From positions 1 through 26,726 of IMG/VR virus record IMGVR_UViG_3300035670_001089: DNA of 26,726 bases; one strand, written 5' to 3'. Made by a program: the position numbers and the translations under genes. Below the pieces are notes generated by a model. The model ran no database searches, was not told the DNA's origin, and saw only the letters and a program-made list of their open reading frames with translations. This document shows positions 16,572 through 25,336 of this stretch, one piece after another. How positions within the stretch are numbered: position 1 is the stretch's first letter; each line of letters begins with the position of its first letter. This stretch comes from a virus (taxonomy: Duplodnaviria > Caudoviricetes).

Positions 16572-16979
16572 ATGGCAATAACTAAACCTTTAGTATTTAC
16601 CAACATCGGAATCGCTGATGCTGACGGAACAAACACTACGTTCTATCCTTTGCACGTAAGCGAATCTGCAACCGTTACTGTTACGCCTACAAATGATACT
16701 GTAGAAAATGGTCAGACACTTGCATCATTCTATGATATTAGCTTTGAAGCCGTATCTTTCAACACCAACCTATACAGCGATGCTCGTGTGTACACAAATA
16801 CCACAGCCGAGCCAACACTTGCAACTGTTATCCTTAGTGGAACAACAGGCGCACAAACGCTTAACATTGGTGGCGTTTACGTGACTGGCAATCGTGTATT
16901 TGATGGCAATCGTACAGGTATCCAGATCACAGCATCAAAACGTGCTGTATCAGGCGACCTTCTTGTATCCTTGACATAA
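16572..16979 (+). CDS. putative major tail tube protein
   Basis: MA start, Thr/Ser/Gly-rich beta protein, followed by a hairpin, the frameshifted chaperone pair and the tape measure gene. Confidence 0.7.
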   Translation: MAITKPLVFTNIGIADADGTNTTFYPLHVSESATVTVTPTNDTVENGQTLASFYDISFEAVSFNTNLYSDARVYTNTTAEPTLATVILSGTTGAQTLNIGGVYVTGNRVFDGNRTGIQITASKRAVSGDLLVSLT

Positions 16980-16984
16980 TACGA

Positions 16985-17040
16985 GGCAGGGGCAGTCAAG
17001 CCTTTGCGGTATCGACTGCCCTTGCCATAATTTACTTTTT
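16985..17040 (+). terminator. stem-loop after tail tube gene
   Basis: GGCAGGGGCAGTC / GACTGCCCTTGCC 13-bp stem (one G-U) followed by ATAATTTACTTTTT. Confidence 0.65.
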
Positions 17041-17346
17041 ATGCTATTTGAGAAGAAGACCAAAGTCAACAACACAATCGTAAAGCTCCAGCCCTACACC
17101 GAAAAACGCAGGGCTTTAATCGAAGCCGTCAACGCTGACATACGTGCCTACGTAGAAGCAAATCCCGGACTTACGTTCGAGGATATGCCTGTATCTAAGA
17201 AAGCAGAATTTTGGAAGCGTAAAGCCGATATACTATGGGAGCCTGAGCGTCCACTTGATCAAGCCTTCTTTGAAGATGACGACTTCGAGTATCCGATTCT
17301 AAAGGATACCGAAGATTTTTTTTTCATGATGCGGCTGTATCTCTAA
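17041..17346 (+). CDS. tail assembly chaperone (lambda gpG analogue)
   Basis: Between tube and tape measure; T9 slippery run near the 3' end. Confidence 0.75.
   Translation: MLFEKKTKVNNTIVKLQPYTEKRRALIEAVNADIRAYVEANPGLTFEDMPVSKKAEFWKRKADILWEPERPLDQAFFEDDDFEYPILKDTEDFFFMMRLYL
17316..17325 (+). other. -1 programmed ribosomal frameshift site (T TTT TTT / T TTT TTC)
   Basis: GAT TTT TTT TTC in frame 0; the -1 frame is open from here into ORF 17361..17579. Confidence 0.8.
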
Positions 17347-17579
17347 AAGCCGCAGAAGAGATGTTTGCTACCTCCTACAATTACACGACAGGAGGTGGAT
17401 CTGGAAGTGCTAAGAAGTCGATATGGGTCAACAGGATTGGAACATATCGCTACTATGCGCAGATACTATCGGGCTTTGATCCAATAAGGGCGGATCAAAT
17501 CTTTGACACGAGAGCAGACCAGATAGCTGAGTCATTTGTATCCAAAATGTGCTACGATTACGTGGAGCCTAAAAAATAA
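17322..17579 (+). CDS. frameshift-extended part of tail chaperone (gpT analogue)
   Basis: -1 frame reads FHDAAVSLKAAEEMFATSYNY...EPKK*; the stop overlaps the tape measure ATG. Confidence 0.72.
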   Translation, partial: FHDAAVSLKAAEEMFATSYNYTTGGGSGSAKKSIWVNRIGTYRYYAQILSGFDPIRADQIFDTRADQIAESFVSKMCYDYVEPKK

Positions 17580-19675
17580 TGGAAGAGTTAAAGTATAAAG
17601 TTGCGGTTGAAACGGATCGTATAGAGCCTGATGATCTTATTGATTCTGAAACAATACAAGTTCTTGTTGAGTTAAATGGCAGGATTGAAGACTATAAAAG
17701 ACAGTTAAAAGAACTTGAGGAGGTTCAAAAGACTAATAAAGGTCTTACATTTGAGCAAAGACAAGCTCAAGAAGAAATAAAACTTGCCCTTAAAGAAGCA
17801 CAGAATGAGTATCGACAAATCAATAAGTCTATACAGACTAATGATGCTGCATTAAAAGCAAATACAAATACATACAAAGGTCTTGTTGACGAAAACAAAG
17901 CCTTAATGGAGGCAATGCGTAATTTGCCTCTTGATGATACCACAGGAGAATTACAAAGATTACAAACGCAATACAATAAGAATAATCAAGAGCTTAAAAA
18001 GTTTGATACTGCTCTTGGTAATCATCAACGCAATGTAGGTAATTACAAAGATGGTCTAAATGATCTTGGTGGAACATTATCTGGATTACCGGGATCGATA
18101 GGTAAAGTAGGCGCTGGCATGAAATCACTTGATGTGATTATGAAAGCAAGTGTATGGGGTCTTGTTATTTCAGCTGTTGCAGCTCTTATAAATCAATTAA
18201 GCAAACTACAGCCCGTAGTAGACTTTGTAACAAAACAATTTCAGGTATTATCAAGCATTGTTAAGTTTTTTGTTGACAATACAGCTTCAGCGCTTGGTCT
18301 TATTGAGAAAAACAATATATCACTTGCAGAAACTGTACGAGTCACAAAGGCACTTGCTGATGCTGAGATTCAATTACGTGAAGCAAAGCGTCTACGTATT
18401 GTTGAATCAGCAAATGAGCAATTAATAATATCAGAGCTACGCTTGGCAGCTGCTGATATGACAAAATCAGAGCAAGAGCGTCTTGATATATTAAGACAGA
18501 TTGAAGAAATAGAAGGAGAATCTCTACAAAAGAAACTTAGAATTGCTGCTATTGAATTTGGTCAGGCTAAAACACGAGTTTTATTGAGCGAAAGCACTGA
18601 GGAAGAATTAGAGAATCTTGCAAAATTAGAAGCCGAACTTAAATTATTACAAGTAGAAAGCAATAACTTTTTACGTGAGAATACTACTAAACGTACTGAA
18701 CTTCAAAATAGAGTAGAAAATGAAGAAAAATTACGTAGTGAAAAAGCAGCAGAAGAACGAAAAAAGAGACTTGAGGAAGAACGCATAGCTATTGAAAGTC
18801 TGGCAGAAGCACGTCAAGCTGTGGATCAAAAAATGTTTGACGAGCTTGGCAAAAGTAATGAAGAATATCTTGATCTTGGAATTGAGCTAACTCCTACTTT
18901 AGATACAACCGATGTTTCTAAAGGTTCTCTTCTTGTTGCTGAATTGTTTAATAATACACTAAAACAGCAAACAATAGCTCGTTTAGAAGAAGAAGGTAGA
19001 TTTGCAGAATCAATGGAAGAGCAAAAGCAATGGCGCATTCAAGAACTTACTCAGATGTTTATTGCTAATGGTCTTGATGCTAATCAAGCTGCTCTTGACG
19101 CTCAATTTCAAGCAAATCTTGAATATCAGGATAAGATAAAACAAGCCGAACAAGATACTGCTGACTTTAAGAAAGGTTTAACAGATCAAGATATTGCTAA
19201 TGCACAATTTGCAGCAAACGCAGTTTTATCTATAGGTAAGAATATATTTGGTGAATCTAAAGCTTTGGCTGTAGCACAAGCTGTTATTGACTCACTTGGT
19301 GCGGCTGTTAGCGTTATGCGTGACACTAAAGGGCCAGTATGGAAGCGCCTTGCAAGTGCTGCTGTTATTTTAAGTGCTGGATATGCCAATGTCAAAAAGA
19401 TTCTATCTACAAAGCCGGGAAGTGCAAATACGTCAGGGGCATCGGCAACAGCATCTTCGGCTATGTCATCAATGGCAGTTACTCCGGCTGGTACGCTTGT
19501 CAACCAGGGACTTGCTGGTGGTATGTTTGCACAACAGGTAGCTGGTGAATTTACTCCGGCAACATCACGTGAGCGTAATATAACGATTGACGCTAATGTA
19601 GACCGCAGAGGTCTGGCAATAGCCGTGCGTGAAGGCGAAAGATCAATCCGTACACAACAATTTGATTACAAGTAA
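17579..19675 (+). CDS. tail tape measure protein
   Basis: 698 aa, long coiled coil, GNHQRNVGNY motif, hydrophobic Ala/Gly segments, KALAVAQAVID..NVKKILS C-terminal pattern. Confidence 0.88.
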   Translation: MEELKYKVAVETDRIEPDDLIDSETIQVLVELNGRIEDYKRQLKELEEVQKTNKGLTFEQRQAQEEIKLALKEAQNEYRQINKSIQTNDAALKANTNTYKGLVDENKALMEAMRNLPLDDTTGELQRLQTQYNKNNQELKKFDTALGNHQRNVGNYKDGLNDLGGTLSGLPGSIGKVGAGMKSLDVIMKASVWGLVISAVAALINQLSKLQPVVDFVTKQFQVLSSIVKFFVDNTASALGLIEKNNISLAETVRVTKALADAEIQLREAKRLRIVESANEQLIISELRLAAADMTKSEQERLDILRQIEEIEGESLQKKLRIAAIEFGQAKTRVLLSESTEEELENLAKLEAELKLLQVESNNFLRENTTKRTELQNRVENEEKLRSEKAAEERKKRLEEERIAIESLAEARQAVDQKMFDELGKSNEEYLDLGIELTPTLDTTDVSKGSLLVAELFNNTLKQQTIARLEEEGRFAESMEEQKQWRIQELTQMFIANGLDANQAALDAQFQANLEYQDKIKQAEQDTADFKKGLTDQDIANAQFAANAVLSIGKNIFGESKALAVAQAVIDSLGAAVSVMRDTKGPVWKRLASAAVILSAGYANVKKILSTKPGSANTSGASATASSAMSSMAVTPAGTLVNQGLAGGMFAQQVAGEFTPATSRERNITIDANVDRRGLAIAVREGERSIRTQQFDYK

Positions 19676-20133
19676 TGAATAAGCAGATAACTCAATGCCG
19701 CTTTAATGTTGCTATCGATAATGGATCGACTAATACCACTGTATCCGGATTTCCTAAAAATATCAACGTATTCAGCGGATCTTATTCATATCGTCCTTAC
19801 TATTACACAGGACAGCCTTATGACGAAGCCATAAATGGCCGCCTACGCTCTCAACTTGGTGGCTACAGGTTCGAGGCTACCCTTGTATGGGATCGTCTGT
19901 TAAACAGCCAGCCATTGCTTGATTTGCTAAACAATGCGTATACTACAGGTACGGGTGAAGTACGTATCACATTCTTTCCGGATGCAACAAATACGACAAT
20001 CAGCGAAGAGGTAGTCATTGCTGATACTGTATGGGCTGCAAACCTTGAATCTACGATAGTGCGCCAGCCGTTATCGGTTTCACTTATTGGCAAAAACGTA
20101 AGCGCTACGATACCAAGTTTCTACAAAGTCTAA
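19675..20133 (+). CDS. putative distal tail (Dit-like) protein
   Basis: 152 aa directly after tape measure; synteny and beta-rich composition. Confidence 0.55.
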   Translation: MNKQITQCRFNVAIDNGSTNTTVSGFPKNINVFSGSYSYRPYYYTGQPYDEAINGRLRSQLGGYRFEATLVWDRLLNSQPLLDLLNNAYTTGTGEVRITFFPDATNTTISEEVVIADTVWAANLESTIVRQPLSVSLIGKNVSATIPSFYKV

Positions 20134-22973
20134 TGCTTAACACGGTACCTTTCAAATCTCTTTCTGGTAATGTATGGGTTGAAATAGATGCAGGAGCAAC
20201 TACGAATGCTACGTTGCAACTGCTTGATATGAGTACTATAAACTTTGAATTTGATTTAATGCCATCGGATCAAACCGTTGCATCCATTGGTGGTATTGCC
20301 GGTGCTACCAGTCTTGTATTTGATGACTACATGAGCAACCGCTCATCGTTATATTCAACGCTTATTGATCGCTTAGGTAATTACTCAGCATCGCAGAATT
20401 TAGATGTTCCAAAAGCAAAGACAACGCTATACCTACAACCAAGAGGATCTGCAACATCATTTAGGTTTCCTTTTGAGTTTACGGCTTCAGATATAACCAC
20501 AGATTTAAGAAGCAAACAGACAACAATAGAATTAAGTCCAAGAACGTCAAATCTTAACGTAGGAACATGGGTTACTAATGTAACAAATCACTTTCCATCT
20601 AAAATATCCTACGAGTCAAATCAATCCTTTTTTGTAAACGCTTGGGCTTCTGGTGATTTTATTTATGACGTAATATCCGAGCTTGATACTTCTACGGGTA
20701 ATACTACAATTTTTAGAAGTGCAAACATTGTAGAAGCAAGTGGCGGTGGAGTTAATGCTATTTTTGCATTTGAGCGATTAACAGATATACTTAATTCACC
20801 AATCAATATAGATGATGCTGATTACACGAGTTTAATGTTTGTACATGATACACCTATGTACTTTGCAAATAGCAATAGCGTGTATGCTAAGGTTCAGGCA
20901 TTTGCTGGTATGGAGGGCGCTATTTTTGGTTCTGCCTTTAATGTGAACTTCTATCTAAATAGATCTACAAATATTTATAATGTCATGGTTACTAATAACG
21001 ACATTGTAGATCTTAAGTTTGTTGCACAAGATAGGGATATAAACGCTGCTGTTGTTTCATTTACAAATACAAAAGCCAAACCAGATGGGACAAATATATC
21101 CAATGGATTCCCTAAAATTACAAACAGCACAGGTGGCGTTCCGGGATGGCTGTCTGGATCACGTGAAATAAAAGCAAGTATATCAGGATTCTATCCACAA
21201 CTCAATCGTGGCGTTTATAATAGCGTAGACAACTTTGTAAATGGCGACATAACTACATTTTTTGCTATAAATGATGCTTTTTTGGCTAAAACAGGAGCTA
21301 CTCAATATGCAAATGCTGCTGGAGTATCTGGTTTTAGAATACAACTCGACTTATTAGGTGTTGATAGAATTAAGCCTTGGGAAGTTATTCAGTTTGACAA
21401 TACCGTTGCAGAGATATACAGATTAAAATATTTTAGACCTACATCGCTTTCTTATGATCTAAAAGGCGATCGTATACGTGTCGAGGCTTACGAGGTTGGA
21501 TCTGCACCTGTTCCTCCAACTACTACAACCACAACATCAACTACCACAACCACAACCGCAGCTCCTACTACTACTACAACGGCAGCGCCTACTACTACTA
21601 CAACGTCAGCTCCTACAACGACAACGACAGCAGCTCCTACTACGACTACAACAACGGCTGCGCCTACAACAACCACAACTACGGCAGCACCTACCACTAC
21701 GACTACAACCACAACATCAACTACTACAACCACAACGACAGAAGCGCCTACAACTACAACAACATCTACAACCACACCACCACCTGTATTTACTTTTGCT
21801 TGCTATGGTACAAGTGCAAGCCCTGTTGATGGATTTGGAAGCGATACTGATGCCTGTGCAGGTAGTGGCGAGGTGGCTGTAGACTTGTATAGCTATGATT
21901 CTGTTCTACAGGATGGAACGATTCTGTACACTGATAGCGTACATCCGCTTACAAATAAATTAAGCCCAAGCCAACAATTCTTTGCCTATATTGACGGTAG
22001 CCTTGTTCGTAATAGCTTCCGAGTTGTTGCTAATGGTACAGGTACTGTGTCCTTATATGAAGCCTGCCCTGCAACGACTACGACTACCACAACAACAAGT
22101 ACTACTACAACAACATTAGCACCTGTTCAATATACTATTCTACATGACGGTTCTCAAGATGGCATTCCAACACCTTGGTCAACAGAGCAAAATGCTTGTT
22201 CTGGTAGATACACAGCTCTTTCGACATCTGCTTATGGAACAGGTGGAGTAGTAGCTGGACAATCATTATTTAGAGAAGTTACACTTGTAAATCCTCTTGC
22301 AGATGGATTCTATGTATATGATGTTAATATCATAGAAATAGCTGGTGGATCTGGTGTTATTTCTACAGTAGATTTAATTAGTTCTGTTTGCCCAACAACT
22401 ACAACAACTACAACAAGCACTACTACAACCACAACTCTTGCTCCTATATACATTGGAATAGATCAAGATGCAGTATGTGTTACTAAAGCAAATCAAATAT
22501 CATTGTCTTTTGATAGTGGGGAAACATTCTGCTCAACAACAAATTACTATGGCGATTTCTCATCATACCTTCTTGATGACATAATTTACTTATCTCGTGA
22601 AGATCAAGTTGTAACTGCAAAAGTAACTGATGCGTCAGCAAGTGGAACAGCGGAAAGACAAATAGCTTGTCAATCATGTAGTACACCTATAACTACTACT
22701 ACTACTACAACTACTACTACAACGACTACATTACCACCATGTAATGAGTTTAGTGGTTTATCAGAGGAAGTATCAGCACTAAACGCCTGTTCATCATGGC
22801 CTGGTGCGACAACTATTTATGGAAATAACCCAACATTTGCATCTGCAACACAATTCTATTCAGATAGCGGATGTACTACGCCATTAAACGGAAACGACAA
22901 CTGGTATTCCGATGGTACGACAGCACTACAAATTAACTCAAGTGGATCAGTAATAAGCACACAATCATGCTAA
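20133..22973 (+). CDS. tail tip/hub protein fused to mucin-like Thr-rich stalks and four Cys-bracketed modules
   Basis: About 460-aa N-terminal region ending in hub-like IKPWEVIQF..YFRPTSLSYDL; then (T)nAAP repeats alternating with 75-100-aa modules. Confidence 0.75.
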   Translation: MLNTVPFKSLSGNVWVEIDAGATTNATLQLLDMSTINFEFDLMPSDQTVASIGGIAGATSLVFDDYMSNRSSLYSTLIDRLGNYSASQNLDVPKAKTTLYLQPRGSATSFRFPFEFTASDITTDLRSKQTTIELSPRTSNLNVGTWVTNVTNHFPSKISYESNQSFFVNAWASGDFIYDVISELDTSTGNTTIFRSANIVEASGGGVNAIFAFERLTDILNSPINIDDADYTSLMFVHDTPMYFANSNSVYAKVQAFAGMEGAIFGSAFNVNFYLNRSTNIYNVMVTNNDIVDLKFVAQDRDINAAVVSFTNTKAKPDGTNISNGFPKITNSTGGVPGWLSGSREIKASISGFYPQLNRGVYNSVDNFVNGDITTFFAINDAFLAKTGATQYANAAGVSGFRIQLDLLGVDRIKPWEVIQFDNTVAEIYRLKYFRPTSLSYDLKGDRIRVEAYEVGSAPVPPTTTTTTSTTTTTTAAPTTTTTAAPTTTTTSAPTTTTTAAPTTTTTTAAPTTTTTTAAPTTTTTTTTSTTTTTTTEAPTTTTTSTTTPPPVFTFACYGTSASPVDGFGSDTDACAGSGEVAVDLYSYDSVLQDGTILYTDSVHPLTNKLSPSQQFFAYIDGSLVRNSFRVVANGTGTVSLYEACPATTTTTTTTSTTTTTLAPVQYTILHDGSQDGIPTPWSTEQNACSGRYTALSTSAYGTGGVVAGQSLFREVTLVNPLADGFYVYDVNIIEIAGGSGVISTVDLISSVCPTTTTTTTSTTTTTTLAPIYIGIDQDAVCVTKANQISLSFDSGETFCSTTNYYGDFSSYLLDDIIYLSREDQVVTAKVTDASASGTAERQIACQSCSTPITTTTTTTTTTTTTLPPCNEFSGLSEEVSALNACSSWPGATTIYGNNPTFASATQFYSDSGCTTPLNGNDNWYSDGTTALQINSSGSVISTQSC
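21519..21785 (+). repeat. coding repeat (TTTTT[T]AAP)n, mucin-like PTS tract
   Basis: About 89 codons, almost all Thr/Ala/Pro/Ser; shorter tracts at about 22074-22124, 22395-22445 and 22692-22730. Confidence 0.95.
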
Positions 22974-23911
22974 AACAAGTAAGATATATTTGCGCTCAGC
23001 CTGCCAACACATACTACGCTTGGCAGGTTGAAGTTATGCTTAACAACTTCGAATCTATGGGCATCAATCTTAATCAGGTTGATATAGTATGCGAGAAACC
23101 TGCTTGTCGCACTCCCGAAGAATGGACAAAGCTGGCAGAGCGCTATCCTGCACGATTCTTCTTCTATTGTGATAAAAGAGCCGAAAGAGGCTACATATCA
23201 AGCATCCGACCCAATATATTAAAACAGCATTTTGCACAGCATCCTGAACTATCTCAGGATGTTTTGTTTTATCACGATTGCGATATTGCCTTTACTCGTC
23301 CACCGAGTGAGTGGATAACGCAAGAAATGATTGAGGACGACAACTGGTATGGATCAGACACCAAGTGGTACATTGCATACGATTACATTGCAAGCAAAGG
23401 CGAACAGGTACTGGATATGATGGAAAACATTATGCGTATGCCTGAAGGTATGGTCAAAGCTAATAATGACAACGCCATTGGCGCTCAGTATTTAATGAAG
23501 AACATAGATGATCGTTTCTGGGCAAGAGTCGAGATGGACTGTGAGCGCTTATACGTGAAGGTAACAGAGCTTAATAAAGAACTTAAGCAAGAGAATCCGA
23601 ATTATCATGAGCTTCAAATATGGTGCGCTGATATGTGGGCGCTATTGTGGAACGCTTGGAAAGATGGAGTGACAACATTATGTCACCCTGCATTTGATTT
23701 TAGTTGGGGAACGTCTTCTCTTGATGATTATAATAAGATGAATATCTTTCATAATGCAGGCGTTGTAAGTGAAAATACAGGGTTATTCCACAAGGCAAAA
23801 TACATGAATAGCTACCCTTACGGACTTAATCTTGAGATCAAGCCAGATACTGCGAGCGCTGAATACTACAAATGGATTAAAAAAGCAGAACTAAATAGTG
23901 CATTGATATGA
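22967..23911 (+). CDS. putative glycosyltransferase resembling peptidyl O-glycosyltransferases (GT95/GT96-like)
   Basis: YYAWQ, GY.SSIRP.IL..HF, DxD motif FYHDCDI, WCADMWA; overlaps the end of the Thr-rich tail gene. Confidence 0.6.
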   Translation: MLKQVRYICAQPANTYYAWQVEVMLNNFESMGINLNQVDIVCEKPACRTPEEWTKLAERYPARFFFYCDKRAERGYISSIRPNILKQHFAQHPELSQDVLFYHDCDIAFTRPPSEWITQEMIEDDNWYGSDTKWYIAYDYIASKGEQVLDMMENIMRMPEGMVKANNDNAIGAQYLMKNIDDRFWARVEMDCERLYVKVTELNKELKQENPNYHELQIWCADMWALLWNAWKDGVTTLCHPAFDFSWGTSSLDDYNKMNIFHNAGVVSENTGLFHKAKYMNSYPYGLNLEIKPDTASAEYYKWIKKAELNSALI

Positions 23912-24423
23912 ATACAAAAATAGTAAATAGCGAAGATCCCAAAGAACATTGGAGTGATATAAAAAAAGTAGATGGAATGATTGTTATGGACTTAGGATGT
24001 GGTTGGCTATTTCAACCACACGAATGTACACCAGAGTATTTTATAAATAGAGGCGCAAAAATGGTTGTTGGAATTGATGCTGCTGAAAGTGAAATACAAC
24101 AACTTACAGAGAGATATCCAGATCATATATTTATTTGTAAAAATATAAGTACAAAAGATGATTTGTGCGAACTGTTTAATAAGTATATGCCAGATGTTGT
24201 CAAAATGGATATAGAAGGATATGAATCACTAATTGATCAGATGGATGCAAATGACTTCACATCTATTCAAGAGCTTGCTATTGAATATCACAATACAATA
24301 TGTAAAGAAATATTGGATAGAAAATTACCAAAACTTGGATTTGCAATAACAAATGTAAATCAATTTGGATGGTTTTGTACAGATACAAATGTAATGGGAA
24401 TTATGCACGCAATAAGATTATGA
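23908..24423 (+). CDS. SAM-dependent methyltransferase, FkbM-like
   Basis: Motif I VMDLGCG, VVGID, KMDIEGYE, IEYH. Confidence 0.85.
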   Translation: MNTKIVNSEDPKEHWSDIKKVDGMIVMDLGCGWLFQPHECTPEYFINRGAKMVVGIDAAESEIQQLTERYPDHIFICKNISTKDDLCELFNKYMPDVVKMDIEGYESLIDQMDANDFTSIQELAIEYHNTICKEILDRKLPKLGFAITNVNQFGWFCTDTNVMGIMHAIRL

Positions 24424-25295
24424 TTAAAATCATTAAAGCAACATACGGTGGACAAGATTGCACAAGTCAAATACAGTCAAAGATTGTAAATAATAGATTG
24501 ATCATTAAGTCTTGCAATGACATTATTGGTGATCCTGCTGTAAATAGTGTTAAGCATCTTGTTATAGAATATGAGCATGAAGGCAAAATACAAGAAGAAA
24601 AAGTCATTGAAGGCGCATACTTATCACTTCCAAAAGTAAAGTACAAACGACTTGGCATATTCTATACGAATAACAACAATGTCAAGACAAGTCCGACAAT
24701 AATAAAAAGCCTTGAGACAATAAAGATAGCAGCCGAAGGCAAAGCGGATATATTGACAAGTGTATGGAATAGAATTGAAGGCAATCCATTCCAGCAGTTT
24801 GAGGCATGGACAAAAACATCATCACACTTAAATCAGCTACTGCAAATTATGCAATTACTATATGTGGCAAGGGAAACAGGTGATTATGAATATGTCAGCT
24901 TTCTTGAGCATGATGTTTTATATCCTGAAGGATATTTCGATTTTCCAGAATTTGATAACGGACAGGTTCTTACAAATATGAACTATGGCGGTTTTTGTAT
25001 TGACGGATGGCAAAAACGCAATCAAAACGATGAGCCATTCCATCAAATGACAATGAGATTTGATGATGCCATAAAACATTGTGAATCCATAATACCTAAT
25101 GCAATACTAAGCAATGCAGGTTTAATAGAGCCTCAAAACATGAATAGAATACAATGGAATTGCATAAATGAAGCAATACACGTTAATCACGGATTACACT
25201 TTACCAGTCATTTTAGTATCTACTCAAAAACACAGGTAGAAAAAAATCACAATTACTGGGGAAGCTATAACAATTTTCTTCATTTATTGCAATAA
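24420..25295 (+). CDS. SUEL/Gal-lectin-like domain fused to a putative glycosyltransferase-like domain
   Basis: N-terminus IIKATYG..DCT..CNDIIGDP....KHL.IEY; C-terminus YVSFLEHDVLYP..YFDF. Likely start ATG 24420 (ATGA overlap). Confidence 0.6.
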   Translation: MIKIIKATYGGQDCTSQIQSKIVNNRLIIKSCNDIIGDPAVNSVKHLVIEYEHEGKIQEEKVIEGAYLSLPKVKYKRLGIFYTNNNNVKTSPTIIKSLETIKIAAEGKADILTSVWNRIEGNPFQQFEAWTKTSSHLNQLLQIMQLLYVARETGDYEYVSFLEHDVLYPEGYFDFPEFDNGQVLTNMNYGGFCIDGWQKRNQNDEPFHQMTMRFDDAIKHCESIIPNAILSNAGLIEPQNMNRIQWNCINEAIHVNHGLHFTSHFSIYSKTQVEKNHNYWGSYNNFLHLLQ

Positions 25296-25336
25296 TTTTT
25301 TCTTATTTTTGATTGAACCATAAAACACACACACAT

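Noticed and set aside
21488-21775. Minus-strand poly-Val ORF and the + strand alternative-frame Leu/Gln ORF 21478..21882
   Set aside because: Shadows of the ACN Thr codon repeat; no independent signals.
21519-21785. Possible CRISPR array or non-coding tandem repeat
   Set aside because: In-frame coding repeat with synonymous variation; no constant repeat with unique spacers and no cas genes.
20133-22973. Diversity-generating retroelement acting on the tail protein
   Set aside because: No reverse transcriptase and no near-identical template/variable repeat pair seen in the window.
25325-25335. (AC)n run as a phase-variation tract
   Set aside because: Only about five units, upstream of the likely ATG 25337; more simply an unstructured translation leader.
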